From: Bdellovibrionota bacterium
GTDB taxonomy: Bacteria; Bdellovibrionota_G; JALEGL01; DATDPG01
Length of the DNA: 64,000 nt
Assembly (NCBI GenBank): GCA_963668355.1
Contig: OY764265.1
Location: 1,408,001 to 1,472,000, forward strand
Direction of reading: 5' to 3'
Part shown: piece by piece, positions 54,283 through 64,000 of the stretch
How positions within the stretch are numbered: the first letter of the stretch is position 1
Layout: each line of letters opens with the position of its first letter
Program-made: the position numbers and the translations under genes
The notes under the pieces: generated by a model
Told to the model about the DNA's origin: nothing
Seen by the model: the letters and a program-made list of their open reading frames with translations, nothing else
Database searches by the model: none

Positions 54283-54953
54283 CTGTGATCCTCCAAAGCG
54301 AATTCATAACAAAGCGCGCAGGCGGTTAAAAAGATCAAATCAAATCCTAGCATGGCGGTAATCTCCATGATGGGAATCGTGCCTTCCAAGCATTTGGATG
54401 TGGCTTGAACGCCAATGATGAACAAAGGAATGATGACAGGATAAAAAACAACCGGAAGCAGCAACGAACTCATTTTTGTGTCGCTTAAAAGATTTGCGAA
54501 TAATGTTCCAATGGCAGCGTACCCAATCGATCCCAAAACCAATAACGACATGAAGAGGAGTAACCAATCTCCAAAGGAAAAATTAAAAAGGAATAAAAAC
54601 AACGGCACAGCCAACATTTCAACGATCAAAAGGATGATCAAGGTCGTGAGAAATTTGGAAAGAAAAAGAACGATGCCTCCACATCCAGATAGAATGACGC
54701 CTTGTTGGACACGTTCTTGCCTTTCCCGATGAGCCAAGTGGGTGAGGGCAACCAAGCCTGAGAATGCGATGACGACCCACATGATTCCCGGTGCCACAGA
54801 AATGATGTTTGAGGTGTTGACCCCTAGGCTAAAATTGAAAATGACCAGTGTGAGTAAAACAAACAGAGCCATGGAGATGAAAATCTCCTTCGTCCTCAGC
54901 TCAATTCGGAGATCTTTTTCCGTTAAATGCAAAATGGTCTTCAGCGCCTTCAT
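54279..54953 (-). CDS. ccmB: Heme exporter permease CcmB
   Basis: KDLRIELRTKE, APGIMWV and LLLPVVFYPVIIP motifs; six TM segments. Confidence 0.9.
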   Translation of the reverse strand: MKALKTILHLTEKDLRIELRTKEIFISMALFVLLTLVIFNFSLGVNTSNIISVAPGIMWVVIAFSGLVALTHLAHRERQERVQQGVILSGCGGIVLFLSKFLTTLIILLIVEMLAVPLFLFLFNFSFGDWLLLFMSLLVLGSIGYAAIGTLFANLLSDTKMSSLLLPVVFYPVIIPLFIIGVQATSKCLEGTIPIMEITAMLGFDLIFLTACALCYEFALEDHS

Positions 54954-55582
54954 GTTTGCACGCTCCCTTGAACCAGGCGAACGGATCGATTCATCCATGA
55001 AGAAAAGAAGTCTGGATCATGCGTCACGCAAACCAGTGTGGCTTTTGGGCGGGAATCCATGATGACTTTTAAAAAGTTGCGCGCCTCTTCATCCAATCCG
55101 GTCGTGGGCTCATCCCATAAAAGAAGTGAAGGTTCATGCAAAAGGGAACGCGCCAAACTCACGCGTTGTTTTTCCCCCCGCGACAATGTGGATACACGGG
55201 CATTCGCAAATCGCGTCATTTGAACCGTTTCCAGCCACGAATCAACAACGTTCTTGGGTTCTTTTAAGTCATACAACTGGGCGAAAAAGAGAAGGTTCTC
55301 AACGACACTGAGTTCGTTGTAGAGAAAACTCTCCATAAACAACACCCCCAGTTTTTTTCGAGTGGAGGCCAAGTCATGTTCGGCATCTTGGCCAAACAGG
55401 CGAAGGGTTCCGGAGGTGGGAGAAAGCGTTGTGGCCAGAAGTTGGAGCAGTGTTGTTTTTCCTGCTCCATTGGGTCCGGTGAGGAGGAGTTTGTCTCCTT
55501 CAGCAATGTTGAGCGTCACATTTCGAAGGGCCCATTTCTTGCCGTAGGAACGGCTGATGTCTTTTAGTTCAACCAGGTTCAT
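54950..55582 (-). CDS. ccmA: Heme exporter ATPase CcmA
   Basis: GPNGAGKTT, LSRGEKQR and DEPTTGLD motifs; position before ccmB. Confidence 0.9.
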   Translation of the reverse strand: MNLVELKDISRSYGKKWALRNVTLNIAEGDKLLLTGPNGAGKTTLLQLLATTLSPTSGTLRLFGQDAEHDLASTRKKLGVLFMESFLYNELSVVENLLFFAQLYDLKEPKNVVDSWLETVQMTRFANARVSTLSRGEKQRVSLARSLLHEPSLLLWDEPTTGLDEEARNFLKVIMDSRPKATLVCVTHDPDFFSSWMNRSVRLVQGSVQT

Positions 55583-56709
55583 GTGTTGGGTGTGTCTTTT
55601 TCTTCAGAAAGCTCGGCGTCCACCCAGACATTTTTCCAATAAGACTGACGGGTGCGTGCTTCTTCCGACGAGAGTTCTCCTCTTTTTTCGTATTCATGGA
55701 TGGCTGCAAGTTGTTTCAAGGCCAAAGTCTTTCGATTTTGACTCTTTTCCGGGGTCTTGGGTCGCATTTTTACGAGTAAAAACAAACCCAGAAGTGCGAG
55801 AAAGAGCATTCCGAGTTGTACGGCGTGCTTGCCTTCATCTCCGGGAAGAGGAAGACCCTCCAGCGTAAATTGCAGCGGTTGCTCCGATGTGAAAGGGCCA
55901 CCGGTATATACATAAAATGTGGCGCCATTTTGTTCCTTGGGCTCCCCTTGGACCAATCCCGGTCCTTCAATGTCATAATCCTGATCAATCAGGGCAATGG
56001 TGGTCTTGGATCGAGGAAGTTTCCAGGGAAAATCAAATTCGATGTTTCTGGCGTCATATTGGTAGAGATAGTTGAACTCCAAATGAAGCTGATTGGCTTC
56101 TCCGGGTTCAATGGCTCGATTCAGACGGAGACACGTCTCATTTGGAATCAAATCCAAGGATTGTTGAGACACGCCGCTCAAAAAATGAAGCTGGAAACCT
56201 CCCTTGGCCAAAGGAATGTCAAAGGGGGCAGCCCCATGAGAGTCATAGGTTTGTTTGCCGTTGTTGGTTACGACCAGCGAATGATTGATTTTTAAAATAT
56301 CGGTTTGACCAAATTCAAAGAGAAGAATTTCTTGAATTTCGAGATTCTTGGGATCGTTGGTGAAGGGATAAAGAACAAAGTCCTCCAGTTGAATTTCGGA
56401 ACGGTTCTCAAAGCCCACGCGCGGTTTCTTGAAGGGAACCCCCTCATGAATGGCGGAAATCTCGTATGCCAGGTCCGAAGAAGGATCCAGTTTGGAAAAT
56501 CGGAACTCCCCTCGTGAGTTGCTTTTCGTTCGTTCTGCGGATTGCGCCTTGCCATTCTGATAGGCCGTCAGTTGCAAGGTGACACCTGTTTTGGGTGTTG
56601 TTTTGTTTCCTTCTTTCCACAGGACTTTTCCGTGGATCACTCCTGTAGTGTCTGCATTGGCAAGTGTGGCAAAGAAAAGAATAGAGAACAGGGTTAAAAA
56701 TATTTTCAT
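55579..56709 (-). CDS. Secreted, membrane-anchored carboxypeptidase-regulatory-like (Ig) domain protein in the ccm operon
   Basis: Start ATG 56709 overlapping the upstream stop; signal peptide; G.I.GKV...GEFRF..L; C-terminal TM and short helical tail. Confidence 0.72.
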   Translation of the reverse strand: MKIFLTLFSILFFATLANADTTGVIHGKVLWKEGNKTTPKTGVTLQLTAYQNGKAQSAERTKSNSRGEFRFSKLDPSSDLAYEISAIHEGVPFKKPRVGFENRSEIQLEDFVLYPFTNDPKNLEIQEILLFEFGQTDILKINHSLVVTNNGKQTYDSHGAAPFDIPLAKGGFQLHFLSGVSQQSLDLIPNETCLRLNRAIEPGEANQLHLEFNYLYQYDARNIEFDFPWKLPRSKTTIALIDQDYDIEGPGLVQGEPKEQNGATFYVYTGGPFTSEQPLQFTLEGLPLPGDEGKHAVQLGMLFLALLGLFLLVKMRPKTPEKSQNRKTLALKQLAAIHEYEKRGELSSEEARTRQSYWKNVWVDAELSEEKDTPNT

Positions 56710-57296
56710 TTTGTCTCTCCCTGTAATGCATGGCCACATTTGTTGCAGAAGCGGTCGTTCGAATGAACCGCATTTCCACATTCCGGACAGAAGGCATTTA
56801 AAGATGTCCCACATTGCGGACAAAACCGATCCGTCGCCTGTGTTTTGGCCTGGCAGTTCGGGCAATTTGACGCATCTGTGCTCTCTACGGGTTTCTCTTT
56901 TTGAGGCTCGACAGACGTTTCCTCTTTCTGGGTTTTGAGCGGAATGCGTCTTTCGGCTTCCTTCCACTTGGCCTCCAGGACATCTTGTTCCTTCATCACC
57001 GCAATCGCTTTTCCCTCATATTTTTCCCTCAGTTGCTTGTAATCGTCGGCTGAAAGTTTTCCGGTTTCAAAGTCAAAATCCAATTCCTTGAGCGCGGTGA
57101 CCAGTTTCCGTTTCTCTTCCCGTAAATGTTGACGTTGATTCAAAAAAGGCAGACGGGAGTCTATCCAGCCACGGGTGTGCTTCTCGAAGAAAGGAAAGAG
57201 GATCAGCCAAAGGGCAAGACCCAGGATGGTGATTCCAAAAAGCCAAATCACGAGATGTCTCCTTTCGAAGAAGTTCGTGAATTCGAATTGGGCCAC
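56706..57296 (-). CDS. CcmI-N-like membrane protein with double zinc ribbon
   Basis: TM, LKELDFDFETGKLS.DDY motif; CPNC, CPQCG, CPECG and CNKCG. Confidence 0.78.
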   Translation of the reverse strand: MAQFEFTNFFERRHLVIWLFGITILGLALWLILFPFFEKHTRGWIDSRLPFLNQRQHLREEKRKLVTALKELDFDFETGKLSADDYKQLREKYEGKAIAVMKEQDVLEAKWKEAERRIPLKTQKEETSVEPQKEKPVESTDASNCPNCQAKTQATDRFCPQCGTSLNAFCPECGNAVHSNDRFCNKCGHALQGETK

Positions 57297-59224
57297 ATGA
57301 CCACAACAGTTCCTAAGACGAGGAATAAACCTCCAATCCAGATGAATTGGATGAGGGGGTTGATGATGGCGTTGATGAAAGCAGAATTGTTTTGCGGGTC
57401 AAATTCCAGCAAAACCAGATAAAGATCTTCTCCCAACGTTCGGCGAATGGAGACTTGTGTGTCGGCCTGGGCTTCTTCTCCTTGGATTTGACTCACATAA
57501 AAAACCCGAGCGGGGTGAAGAGGTGGGAGGGATTTCCCATTCTTTTTGACCAAAATTTCCGCACGCACGACTTGCTTGTGGGGAGTTTCCACTCCCTGAA
57601 GTCCATTGAAGGTCAGTGTGTAGTTTCCAATGTTTCGGGTTTCTCCCGCGTTGAATTGGAATTCCTTTTCCTGATTGAACGCTCCTCCAGTGAATCCGAT
57701 GAACATGAGGACCACGCCAAAGTGCACAATATACCCGCCATATCTACGGGGATTGGAAACCAGCAAGCGTAAGAAAGCGGTCAAAAACCCTTCTTTTAGA
57801 TTTCGCATTCGAACCCGAATGCCTCGTTCGTATTCCAAGAAAATGGTCATCAACACAAAGGCGCAAAATGAGAAGGCGGCAATCACATAAGGTTTGTGTG
57901 AAACGAAAAGCACCGCAATCGAGGTTAGAATGGTCACAAGAACGGGCCAGAGGAAGTTTCGTTTGAGTTGCTCCGGTGTGGTTTTCCGCCACGCAACCAT
58001 GGGTCCGATTCCCGTCAAGAGTAGAAGAAGAAGGCCGATGGGAATCATGACACTATTAAAGAACGGAGGACCGACCGTAATCTTCGTTCCTCGAACCCAT
58101 TCCGAAAGAACCGGAAAGAGTGTTCCCCATAAGATGGCAAATGCTGCACCGACCAACACCAAGTTATTAAAGAGAAAGGCCGCCTCGCGAGAAACCAGGC
58201 TGTCCAAGGCGCTCTGACTTTTGAGTTCTTTTCTGCGGTAGAAGGTTAGCCCGATGGTTGTGATGAGCGTTAAGACCAAAAACCATACGAAGTAGTCGCC
58301 GATGTCCGATTGGGCAAACGAATGAACCGAGGAAATGATTCCTGAACGAGTGAGAAAGGTTCCGATGAGCGTCGTGAGGAACGAAAGAATCACCAAGGCC
58401 ATATTCCAGGTTTTTAAAATGCCTCGGCGCTCCTGAATGATCACGGAATGTAAGAAAGCCGTCGAAGTAAGCCAAGGAATGAAGGCGGCATTTTCAACGG
58501 GATCCCAGCCCCAATAGCCTCCCCAGCCTAGAACCTCATAAGCCCAAGACGCACCCAGAAGATTTCCCAAAGAGAGGAAAAACCAAGCGGTAAGGGTCCA
58601 TCTTCGAATTTGAAGAATCCAGTGGTTGTCCAAACGACCGGTGACCAGAGCCGCCATTCCAAACGAAAAAGGAATGCTCATGCCCACATACCCCAGATAG
58701 AGGGAAGGTGGATGAATCACCATATAGTAATTTTGAAGCAGGGGATTCAGTCCTCGACCATCCGTGGGGAGATAAGGCATCAATTTGAAAGGGTTTGCCG
58801 AAAAGACGAGCAAAATGAGGAAGAAACTGGCGATGACCATCAGTGTGGCAATCACATAAGGGAGGAATTCTTGATTCTTCCTTCGGTTCTGAAACATCAC
58901 GATCGAAGAAAAGACCAGGAGGATGAGCACCCAGAATAATAGGGACCCATCTTGTCCTCCCCAAAGCGCTGCAATCTTATAAAAGAACGGCGTCGTGGAG
59001 TTGGAGTAGAGGTAAACGTATTGCAGTTGGTACTGATCCTTCAGAAATGCGATCACCAAAACGACTGCGCTGGCTAGTGTGAGTAAGGCCGTGGCCCAAA
59101 CCGCATTTCGTGCGCTCAGCACCAATGAGGCGTTTTTTCGGTAGCCCCCAACACAGGAGATGATGACGGCATACGTGGACGTTAAAAGCGCTACATGAAG
59201 AAAAATATTGCCAAGAAGATCCAT
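57248..59224 (-). CDS. ccmF: Cytochrome c heme lyase CcmF/NrfE
   Basis: WGGQDGSLLFW, GLNPLLQ, IHPP, WAYEVLGWGGYWGWDPVEN and SVHSF motifs. Confidence 0.96.
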   Translation of the reverse strand: MDLLGNIFLHVALLTSTYAVIISCVGGYRKNASLVLSARNAVWATALLTLASAVVLVIAFLKDQYQLQYVYLYSNSTTPFFYKIAALWGGQDGSLLFWVLILLVFSSIVMFQNRRKNQEFLPYVIATLMVIASFFLILLVFSANPFKLMPYLPTDGRGLNPLLQNYYMVIHPPSLYLGYVGMSIPFSFGMAALVTGRLDNHWILQIRRWTLTAWFFLSLGNLLGASWAYEVLGWGGYWGWDPVENAAFIPWLTSTAFLHSVIIQERRGILKTWNMALVILSFLTTLIGTFLTRSGIISSVHSFAQSDIGDYFVWFLVLTLITTIGLTFYRRKELKSQSALDSLVSREAAFLFNNLVLVGAAFAILWGTLFPVLSEWVRGTKITVGPPFFNSVMIPIGLLLLLLTGIGPMVAWRKTTPEQLKRNFLWPVLVTILTSIAVLFVSHKPYVIAAFSFCAFVLMTIFLEYERGIRVRMRNLKEGFLTAFLRLLVSNPRRYGGYIVHFGVVLMFIGFTGGAFNQEKEFQFNAGETRNIGNYTLTFNGLQGVETPHKQVVRAEILVKKNGKSLPPLHPARVFYVSQIQGEEAQADTQVSIRRTLGEDLYLVLLEFDPQNNSAFINAIINPLIQFIWIGGLFLVLGTVVVMWPNSNSRTSSKGDIS

Positions 59225-59637
59225 TATTTGGCCTCGAGTCCTGGAGTGAGGCGGTCTTCATAGCGAGAAGCACATTTAGCCAAAATGTGCTGCGCATTGA
59301 CATGGCCCCTGCGATCTAATTTTCCCGTGGCCACCACTTCCGCTTCGTCTTTGAAGGTGTCCGGAAGGGCTCCCCGATACGAAACAAACACGGAGTCGCT
59401 TCCGGTTTCGAGCGTAAAGCCAACCTCAAGGTCTCCTGTTTTCCGGACGATGGAGCCCGGCTTTACTTTTCCAGCAACTTTGAGGTCCTTGCCAAGGAGA
59501 TCCATCTCCTGAGACTTCAACTCACTGACGGTCACATAGTATTGGAATGAGCTGGGAAGAAGTGTTGCCGTGACGATTCCGATGCCCACGAGAATCAGAA
59601 TCCCTCCGATTAAATATTTGGTTTTTCGTATGATCAT
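59224..59637 (-). CDS. ccmE: Heme chaperone CcmE, CxxxY variant
   Basis: YY.TVSE, V.GKV.PGSI and Y.G.LPDTF....EVV motifs; AKCASRY in place of AKHDENY. Confidence 0.92.
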   Translation of the reverse strand: MIIRKTKYLIGGILILVGIGIVTATLLPSSFQYYVTVSELKSQEMDLLGKDLKVAGKVKPGSIVRKTGDLEVGFTLETGSDSVFVSYRGALPDTFKDEAEVVATGKLDRRGHVNAQHILAKCASRYEDRLTPGLEAK

Positions 59638-60761
59638 GATGACTTGCGCAGGTGGGTTACCAGTTTTCTAAGGATTCGAACAGCCCCTATCACGTCCTCT
59701 TCTTGAGTGCTCCAACCCAGCGAGAATCGAAGCGCTGAGCGTGCCTTGGCTTCGGGCCAGCCCATACTTAAGAGAACTGGAGAGGCTGAAAGGGATCCCG
59801 AGGAACATGCGGAGCCCATGGATGCTTCCAGGCCTTCCAGGTCTGCGGCCATCATGAGCGACTCCCCATCCACGCCTTCAAATTGAATATGGGACGTATT
59901 TATCAGACGTGGCAGGCCTTTTCCGGTGATGTGGATGTCAGAAAGGGTTTGGGCCAACTCCTCCTCAAACTGGGTGCGAAATTGTTCGATGCGTTTCGCC
60001 TCTTCGGAGCCGCTTTCCATCAAGTACTCACAGGCAGCTGCCAAGCCGAGAATTCCCAGAAGGTTTTCGGTCCCTGTTCGAAGGCCCTTTTCTTGGCCCC
60101 CTCCGGACCAGTGAGGGTGGAACGGGATGCCTTTCGGCACGGCCAATGCTCCCACTCCGGCCGGAGCCCCAAGTTTGTGGCTTGAAAGAGAGAGAAGGTC
60201 GATGGAAGACGTATCCAGCGAGGACTTTCCGAACGCTTGAACGGCATCGCTGTGGACGACCACATCCTTCTCTTTTGCGAAAGCAAAGAGGGTGGCGTTT
60301 CCGTATAAAAGACCGGTTTCATTATTGGCATATTGAAGAGAGAGGAAATCGGGCTTTTTCTCCAAAAGGCGTAGGGCGGAAGCTTCGTCCAGGGCTCCTT
60401 GCGAAGTTAAGGGCAAGAAGGTGAGGCTCCCCCCAGCCTGTTCCAGGGCTTTGGCGGCCTGAAGGACGGAGGGGTGTTCCACCGGAAGCGTACACGCAGT
60501 TTTTTGAGGGGTTTGAAATGCCCTCCAAGCCAGGTGGTTGGCTTCGGTACCTCCGGAAGTGAAAATGATTTCTCCAGGAGGACGATTCATGAATCGAGCC
60601 ACAGTTTCACGGGCTCGATCCAGCGCGGAGCGCGCCTTTCTTCCGGTTCCGTGTGTGGAAGAAGGGTTTCCAAGGCCCTCCTCCAAGGCCTTCTGCAGAG
60701 CCTCTTTGACAAAGGGGCGCAGGGGAGAGGAGGCGTTGTGGTCAAAGTAGATTCTTTTCAT
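59634..60761 (-). CDS. iscS: Cysteine desulfurase (IscS/NifS group I)
   Basis: YFDHNAS, FTSGGTEAN, ANNETG, HSDAVQ, SSHK and SMGSACSSG motifs; start uncertain (60761-60803). Confidence 0.9.
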   Translation of the reverse strand: MKRIYFDHNASSPLRPFVKEALQKALEEGLGNPSSTHGTGRKARSALDRARETVARFMNRPPGEIIFTSGGTEANHLAWRAFQTPQKTACTLPVEHPSVLQAAKALEQAGGSLTFLPLTSQGALDEASALRLLEKKPDFLSLQYANNETGLLYGNATLFAFAKEKDVVVHSDAVQAFGKSSLDTSSIDLLSLSSHKLGAPAGVGALAVPKGIPFHPHWSGGGQEKGLRTGTENLLGILGLAAACEYLMESGSEEAKRIEQFRTQFEEELAQTLSDIHITGKGLPRLINTSHIQFEGVDGESLMMAADLEGLEASMGSACSSGSLSASPVLLSMGWPEAKARSALRFSLGWSTQEEDVIGAVRILRKLVTHLRKSS

Positions 60762-60816
60762 ACGGGGAAGGCTGGACATGACAGAGAACAGATTTTTCGT
60801 CAACGCCTGAGCGGGT

Positions 60817-62973
60817 TTAGTGAAACGGGGCTACAATTTTAACGACCATGCTTCGGGTTTGAGCCGAGAAGTCTTGGTCATCTCGCTCTTCGCTATGGAC
60901 GAGAAAAAGGTCACTCATGGGGGCAAATCGCCATCGATAACGATACTGAACGACCACTTTCCCATTCACTTCATTCCAAGAGGCGTTGAGATCGATGTAC
61001 ATTTTTGTATTTAGAGAATAGCTCGCCGCCCCATTGATCACGGAAGAGGAGTAGTGGGTATCGAGATGCGGGAGGTCGATCATATTGAAACTTGCGGAGG
61101 CATTCAGATACAAGCCTGTTTTGGGTCGCACCGTAACGGAAGGGGAAATCGTTTGGCGTCTTCCTCCGAAAAAACCCATTTGCCGAAGCGTAAGGCCAGC
61201 TTGAATGTTCTGATAGTCCGGTGAAGAGGCGGATACCTGAACTCCCCGTTCAGAATACCTGCCCTGGGGAATGGTGACTCGATTTTGCAATTCGAAGGGT
61301 TCCAGGACCTCATCGGTGGAATGGAGTCCGCGAATTGAAGCGGTGTATCCGGAATTCGTATTGACCTGAATGCCCTCCTCCCCCGAAGCGTCCAATAGCC
61401 GATTGGCGGAACCGTTTAGAAAGAACGTATTGTTGGCGAAGAGCAAAATTTCGTCGATTCCTTTTTCGGGGAGTCGGATGCTTCGCTGAAGATTAAACGT
61501 CTCCTGGAGAATGTCTTTTCGTTTGATGAATCCAACCTCAGGGTTGAAGTCCTCACTCACATACATGGACGTGTGAGCCAATTTCCAAAGTGGGGGTGTC
61601 CACAACACGTGAAGAAACGCGGAAGCCCCCGTTTGGGCATTTTCATTCGGATTGTGTGCGTCGGATCGAGAAAACGCCAAAAAAGGAGCGATTTTCAGTC
61701 GACCATCCTGGGACAAGTAGGTGAGATCCACTCCAGCGCCGATGTTTTTTTCAGGAGATCCGGATGTGTTCTGGCGATACGTGACCATGCCTCCAACATT
61801 GGTCTGTTCTCCCAGGCGACGCCGAAGTCGGCCCACGGTAAAGTTGCGATCCGGAACCTCGTCTTTGGCTTCGGTTTGAATGTTTAATACCCCAAATTCA
61901 TTCGACCCCACTGTTCCGTAAGATCGTATGCCTCCGAGAATGGGAATGGGGCTTCCGTTCTCCAAGCCGACGCGTCGGCTGAAAAAAAGTTGGTTGTTTC
62001 CCTGGGCGCCGAAGTCAAAGAATTGTGTTCCTTCCAGAAAAAACCGTCGCTTTTCGGGATAGAACAAATCAAACCGATTGAAGTTCAATTGAGACTGGTC
62101 GATGTCGACCTGGGAAAAGTCTGTGTTGTAGGTTCCTTTGACGACCGCATTTCGGCTCAGGGGAATCTTGATGTCGAGGCCTAGATCTGTGAAAGAATCG
62201 GCGTTCGATTCGGTTTCTCGGTAGCCCGCTGAGAGGGATGGCGTGAACGTGATGTTTCTTTTGGGTTTTTGTGGCAGAGGAATGCGTTCTACATGACCAA
62301 AATAATTGGTTTGCAAGCCTCCAAAAGGAGGAGGAATTTCGGCCCAATCAAACTCCTCGGTCTTTCGTGAAATTCTGCGTGTGATGTTGAGTCCAAAAAG
62401 GGGACCGTTGTCCGGATCATAGGAAAAAGATGAAAAAGGAATGCGAAATTCTGCCACCCAACCGCTAGAGTCGATTCTCACCCCGACATCCCAGGCCGCA
62501 TCCCACTCACTCAAAAACTGCGCACCGTTGTCCAGAACAATGGCGTCGTAAGCGGCTCCTCTGGGCGTGACAGCAAAGTAGTACACGGTTCGGTGGTCAT
62601 GAGCAGAGTCGATCTTGATGGCGATGAAGTCGTCCGAAAACAACCGACCCGAATCAAAGCGTCGCGTTCGAGCCGTGATTTTTTCCGGTTCGGAATCGTA
62701 TGCATGCACAGCGATGTAGAAGGCTTCTTGATCAAATAGAAGTTGGAATTCCGTCTTTTCGGTCGCAGGCTCTCCCACGAAAGGCTCTCGTTGGATGAAA
62801 CCGGAAAAAATGGGCGCCTGTTCCCAACTTTCTTCGTTTAGGTATCCATCCAAAGAAATCGCCGAGATTTTGGGCGTGGCTCGGGCCAAAGGGGGAATGA
62901 GTTCTTTGGCCGAGGCCGAAGCACTCCATACCCATAATAAGACCCAAACTGCTCTCTTCATCCGGCTCATCAC
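60817..62973 (-). CDS. CBM9-like + DUF5916 outer-membrane protein
   Basis: LDG.LNE..W..A, GWVAEFRIPF, NTDFSQV..D, LFYPEKR.FFLEG and LFFSRR motifs; beta-barrel C-terminal half. Confidence 0.85.
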   Translation of the reverse strand: MMSRMKRAVWVLLWVWSASASAKELIPPLARATPKISAISLDGYLNEESWEQAPIFSGFIQREPFVGEPATEKTEFQLLFDQEAFYIAVHAYDSEPEKITARTRRFDSGRLFSDDFIAIKIDSAHDHRTVYYFAVTPRGAAYDAIVLDNGAQFLSEWDAAWDVGVRIDSSGWVAEFRIPFSSFSYDPDNGPLFGLNITRRISRKTEEFDWAEIPPPFGGLQTNYFGHVERIPLPQKPKRNITFTPSLSAGYRETESNADSFTDLGLDIKIPLSRNAVVKGTYNTDFSQVDIDQSQLNFNRFDLFYPEKRRFFLEGTQFFDFGAQGNNQLFFSRRVGLENGSPIPILGGIRSYGTVGSNEFGVLNIQTEAKDEVPDRNFTVGRLRRRLGEQTNVGGMVTYRQNTSGSPEKNIGAGVDLTYLSQDGRLKIAPFLAFSRSDAHNPNENAQTGASAFLHVLWTPPLWKLAHTSMYVSEDFNPEVGFIKRKDILQETFNLQRSIRLPEKGIDEILLFANNTFFLNGSANRLLDASGEEGIQVNTNSGYTASIRGLHSTDEVLEPFELQNRVTIPQGRYSERGVQVSASSPDYQNIQAGLTLRQMGFFGGRRQTISPSVTVRPKTGLYLNASASFNMIDLPHLDTHYSSSVINGAASYSLNTKMYIDLNASWNEVNGKVVVQYRYRWRFAPMSDLFLVHSEERDDQDFSAQTRSMVVKIVAPFH

Positions 62974-63210
62974 GTTCCTTGCGTCGGCGTTTTAACCCGA
63001 ATGCTGCACCGGGTCAACGCGGCATGTCGGTTTATAACCATATAAAAACAAAGGAATTTCTTTTGATCCGGCCAGGCCTTGAAAAATATGCGTAATAGCT
63101 TTTGCAGAGTGCTGATTCAATGCGAGGGATGAGAGGGGGCTTTTGGAGGAAGGTGCCTAAAAAGTGAAATTATTTTAAAGGCTTATGAAAAGGGGTTTTT
63201 GAATTCTTCC

Positions 63211-63226
63211 TGGTACACAATTCGCA
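63211..63226 (+). promoter_or_regulatory. Sigma54 -24/-12 promoter candidate
   Basis: TGGTACACAATTCGCA with exact GG-N10-GC spacing, 30 nt before the ATG at 63256 (GAGGGAG RBS). Confidence 0.6.
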
Positions 63227-63255
63227 CCTTCGGACAAGAAGCGAGAGGGAGACCT

Positions 63256-64000
63256 ATGGATCGAAAACTGGAATTGATATCGTTGTCCGAAGGGGAAGTT
63301 CAAGATTCGGTATGCCATTTGTTACCGGAAATCGCGAACTCAGATGCGGAAGTTGTGAACTCGGCCCTTCGTAGTTTGGTGGCGCTTCATGGAGCGCAAG
63401 CGTATGCCACGTTGTTTCGAGTTCTGTTTCATTTAAATTTGACCTCCCAAGAAGCTGAAATTCATTGGGCGCGAATGCTTGGACATCATCAAATGTTTCA
63501 GCGGCGTTTGGGGGCCGATGTTGATTTTCGGGTGTCCTCTTTGGATTATTTAACCCGCGTGTCGGGGCTTTTGATGAATCCAATGGTCATGGAAAACGCT
63601 CAACTGGAAAAACTTAAAAACGAAACCATTACGGATGAACTCACCCGTTTGTTCAATCGCAGGTATTTCAATCAGGTATTGCTGCGCGAATACAAGAGCT
63701 CCAAAAGACATCATTCTCCCTTTTCATTGATCCTCTTGGATGTGGATCATTTCAAAACGTTGAATGACCGCTTTGGACATCGAATGGGGGATACCATTCT
63801 CCGGCAAGTGGGTGAAGTCATTCGAAAAGCAGTGAGAGAAGTGGATTACCCGTGTCGATATGGAGGAGAAGAGTTTGCTGTGATTGCGCCGAGAACGGAA
63901 CAAAAAGGCGGAAAGGTCTTGGCTCAGAGAATTCGAAAAGGTGTGGAAAATTTGAGGTTTCCCAAAGTGGGTGGGGTTCAACCCAAGGTTACGCTCAGCG
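63256..64000 (+). CDS. Diguanylate cyclase (GGDEF), 3'-partial; absent from the ORF track
   Basis: Own translation MDRKLEL...ITDELTRLFNRRYF...LLDVDHFKTLNDRFGHRMGD...REVD.PCRYGGEEF; open to the window end. Confidence 0.92.
   Translation, partial: MDRKLELISLSEGEVQDSVCHLLPEIANSDAEVVNSALRSLVALHGAQAYATLFRVLFHLNLTSQEAEIHWARMLGHHQMFQRRLGADVDFRVSSLDYLTRVSGLLMNPMVMENAQLEKLKNETITDELTRLFNRRYFNQVLLREYKSSKRHHSPFSLILLDVDHFKTLNDRFGHRMGDTILRQVGEVIRKAVREVDYPCRYGGEEFAVIAPRTEQKGGKVLAQRIRKGVENLRFPKVGGVQPKVTLS

Noticed and set aside
103..63981. Numerous antisense and alternative-frame ORFs (for example 4165-4617, 39035-39784, 63254-63583, 63724-63981)
   Set aside because: Shadow frames of well-supported genes, with no motifs of their own

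Overview
Gene-dense bacterial chromosome segment. The gene content suggests a deltaproteobacterial-type organism (Bdellovibrionota/Myxococcota-like); this is inference, based on a MYXO-CTERM-like sorting tail, a Cys-type CcmE, a Sec-containing SelD and a giant TPR Ser/Thr kinase. Housekeeping genes (xseAB, rimK, DnaJ/CbpA, gltX, treT, mtgA, pyk, selD, iscS, three tRNAs) surround two large heme-c loci. (1) 11.7-24.0 kb is an eight-gene operon resembling a rearranged hydrazine-synthase (Hzs)-like module. It encodes an HzsA-like protein, a CRTAC1/ASPIC protein, a 10-heme c554-c554/beta-propeller/HzsC-like fusion, a propeller lipoprotein, two orphan solute-binding proteins, a 9-heme Otr-type reductase and a cytochrome b. 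(2) 31.9-42.3 kb is an extracellular-electron-transfer-like locus with two porin-cytochrome modules, an 18-heme lipoprotein and a split CbcL-like quinol dehydrogenase (about 61 heme-binding motifs, counted by hand). Also present: a System I*-type ccm operon, an archaeal-AglB-like oligosaccharyltransferase, a tRNA-Glu-anchored cassette array with two toxin-antitoxin pairs and repeated tRNA 3' ends, and an intergenic DnaA-box cluster. No rRNA, CRISPR array, integrase or transposase was seen. All calls come from motif reading without database searches.
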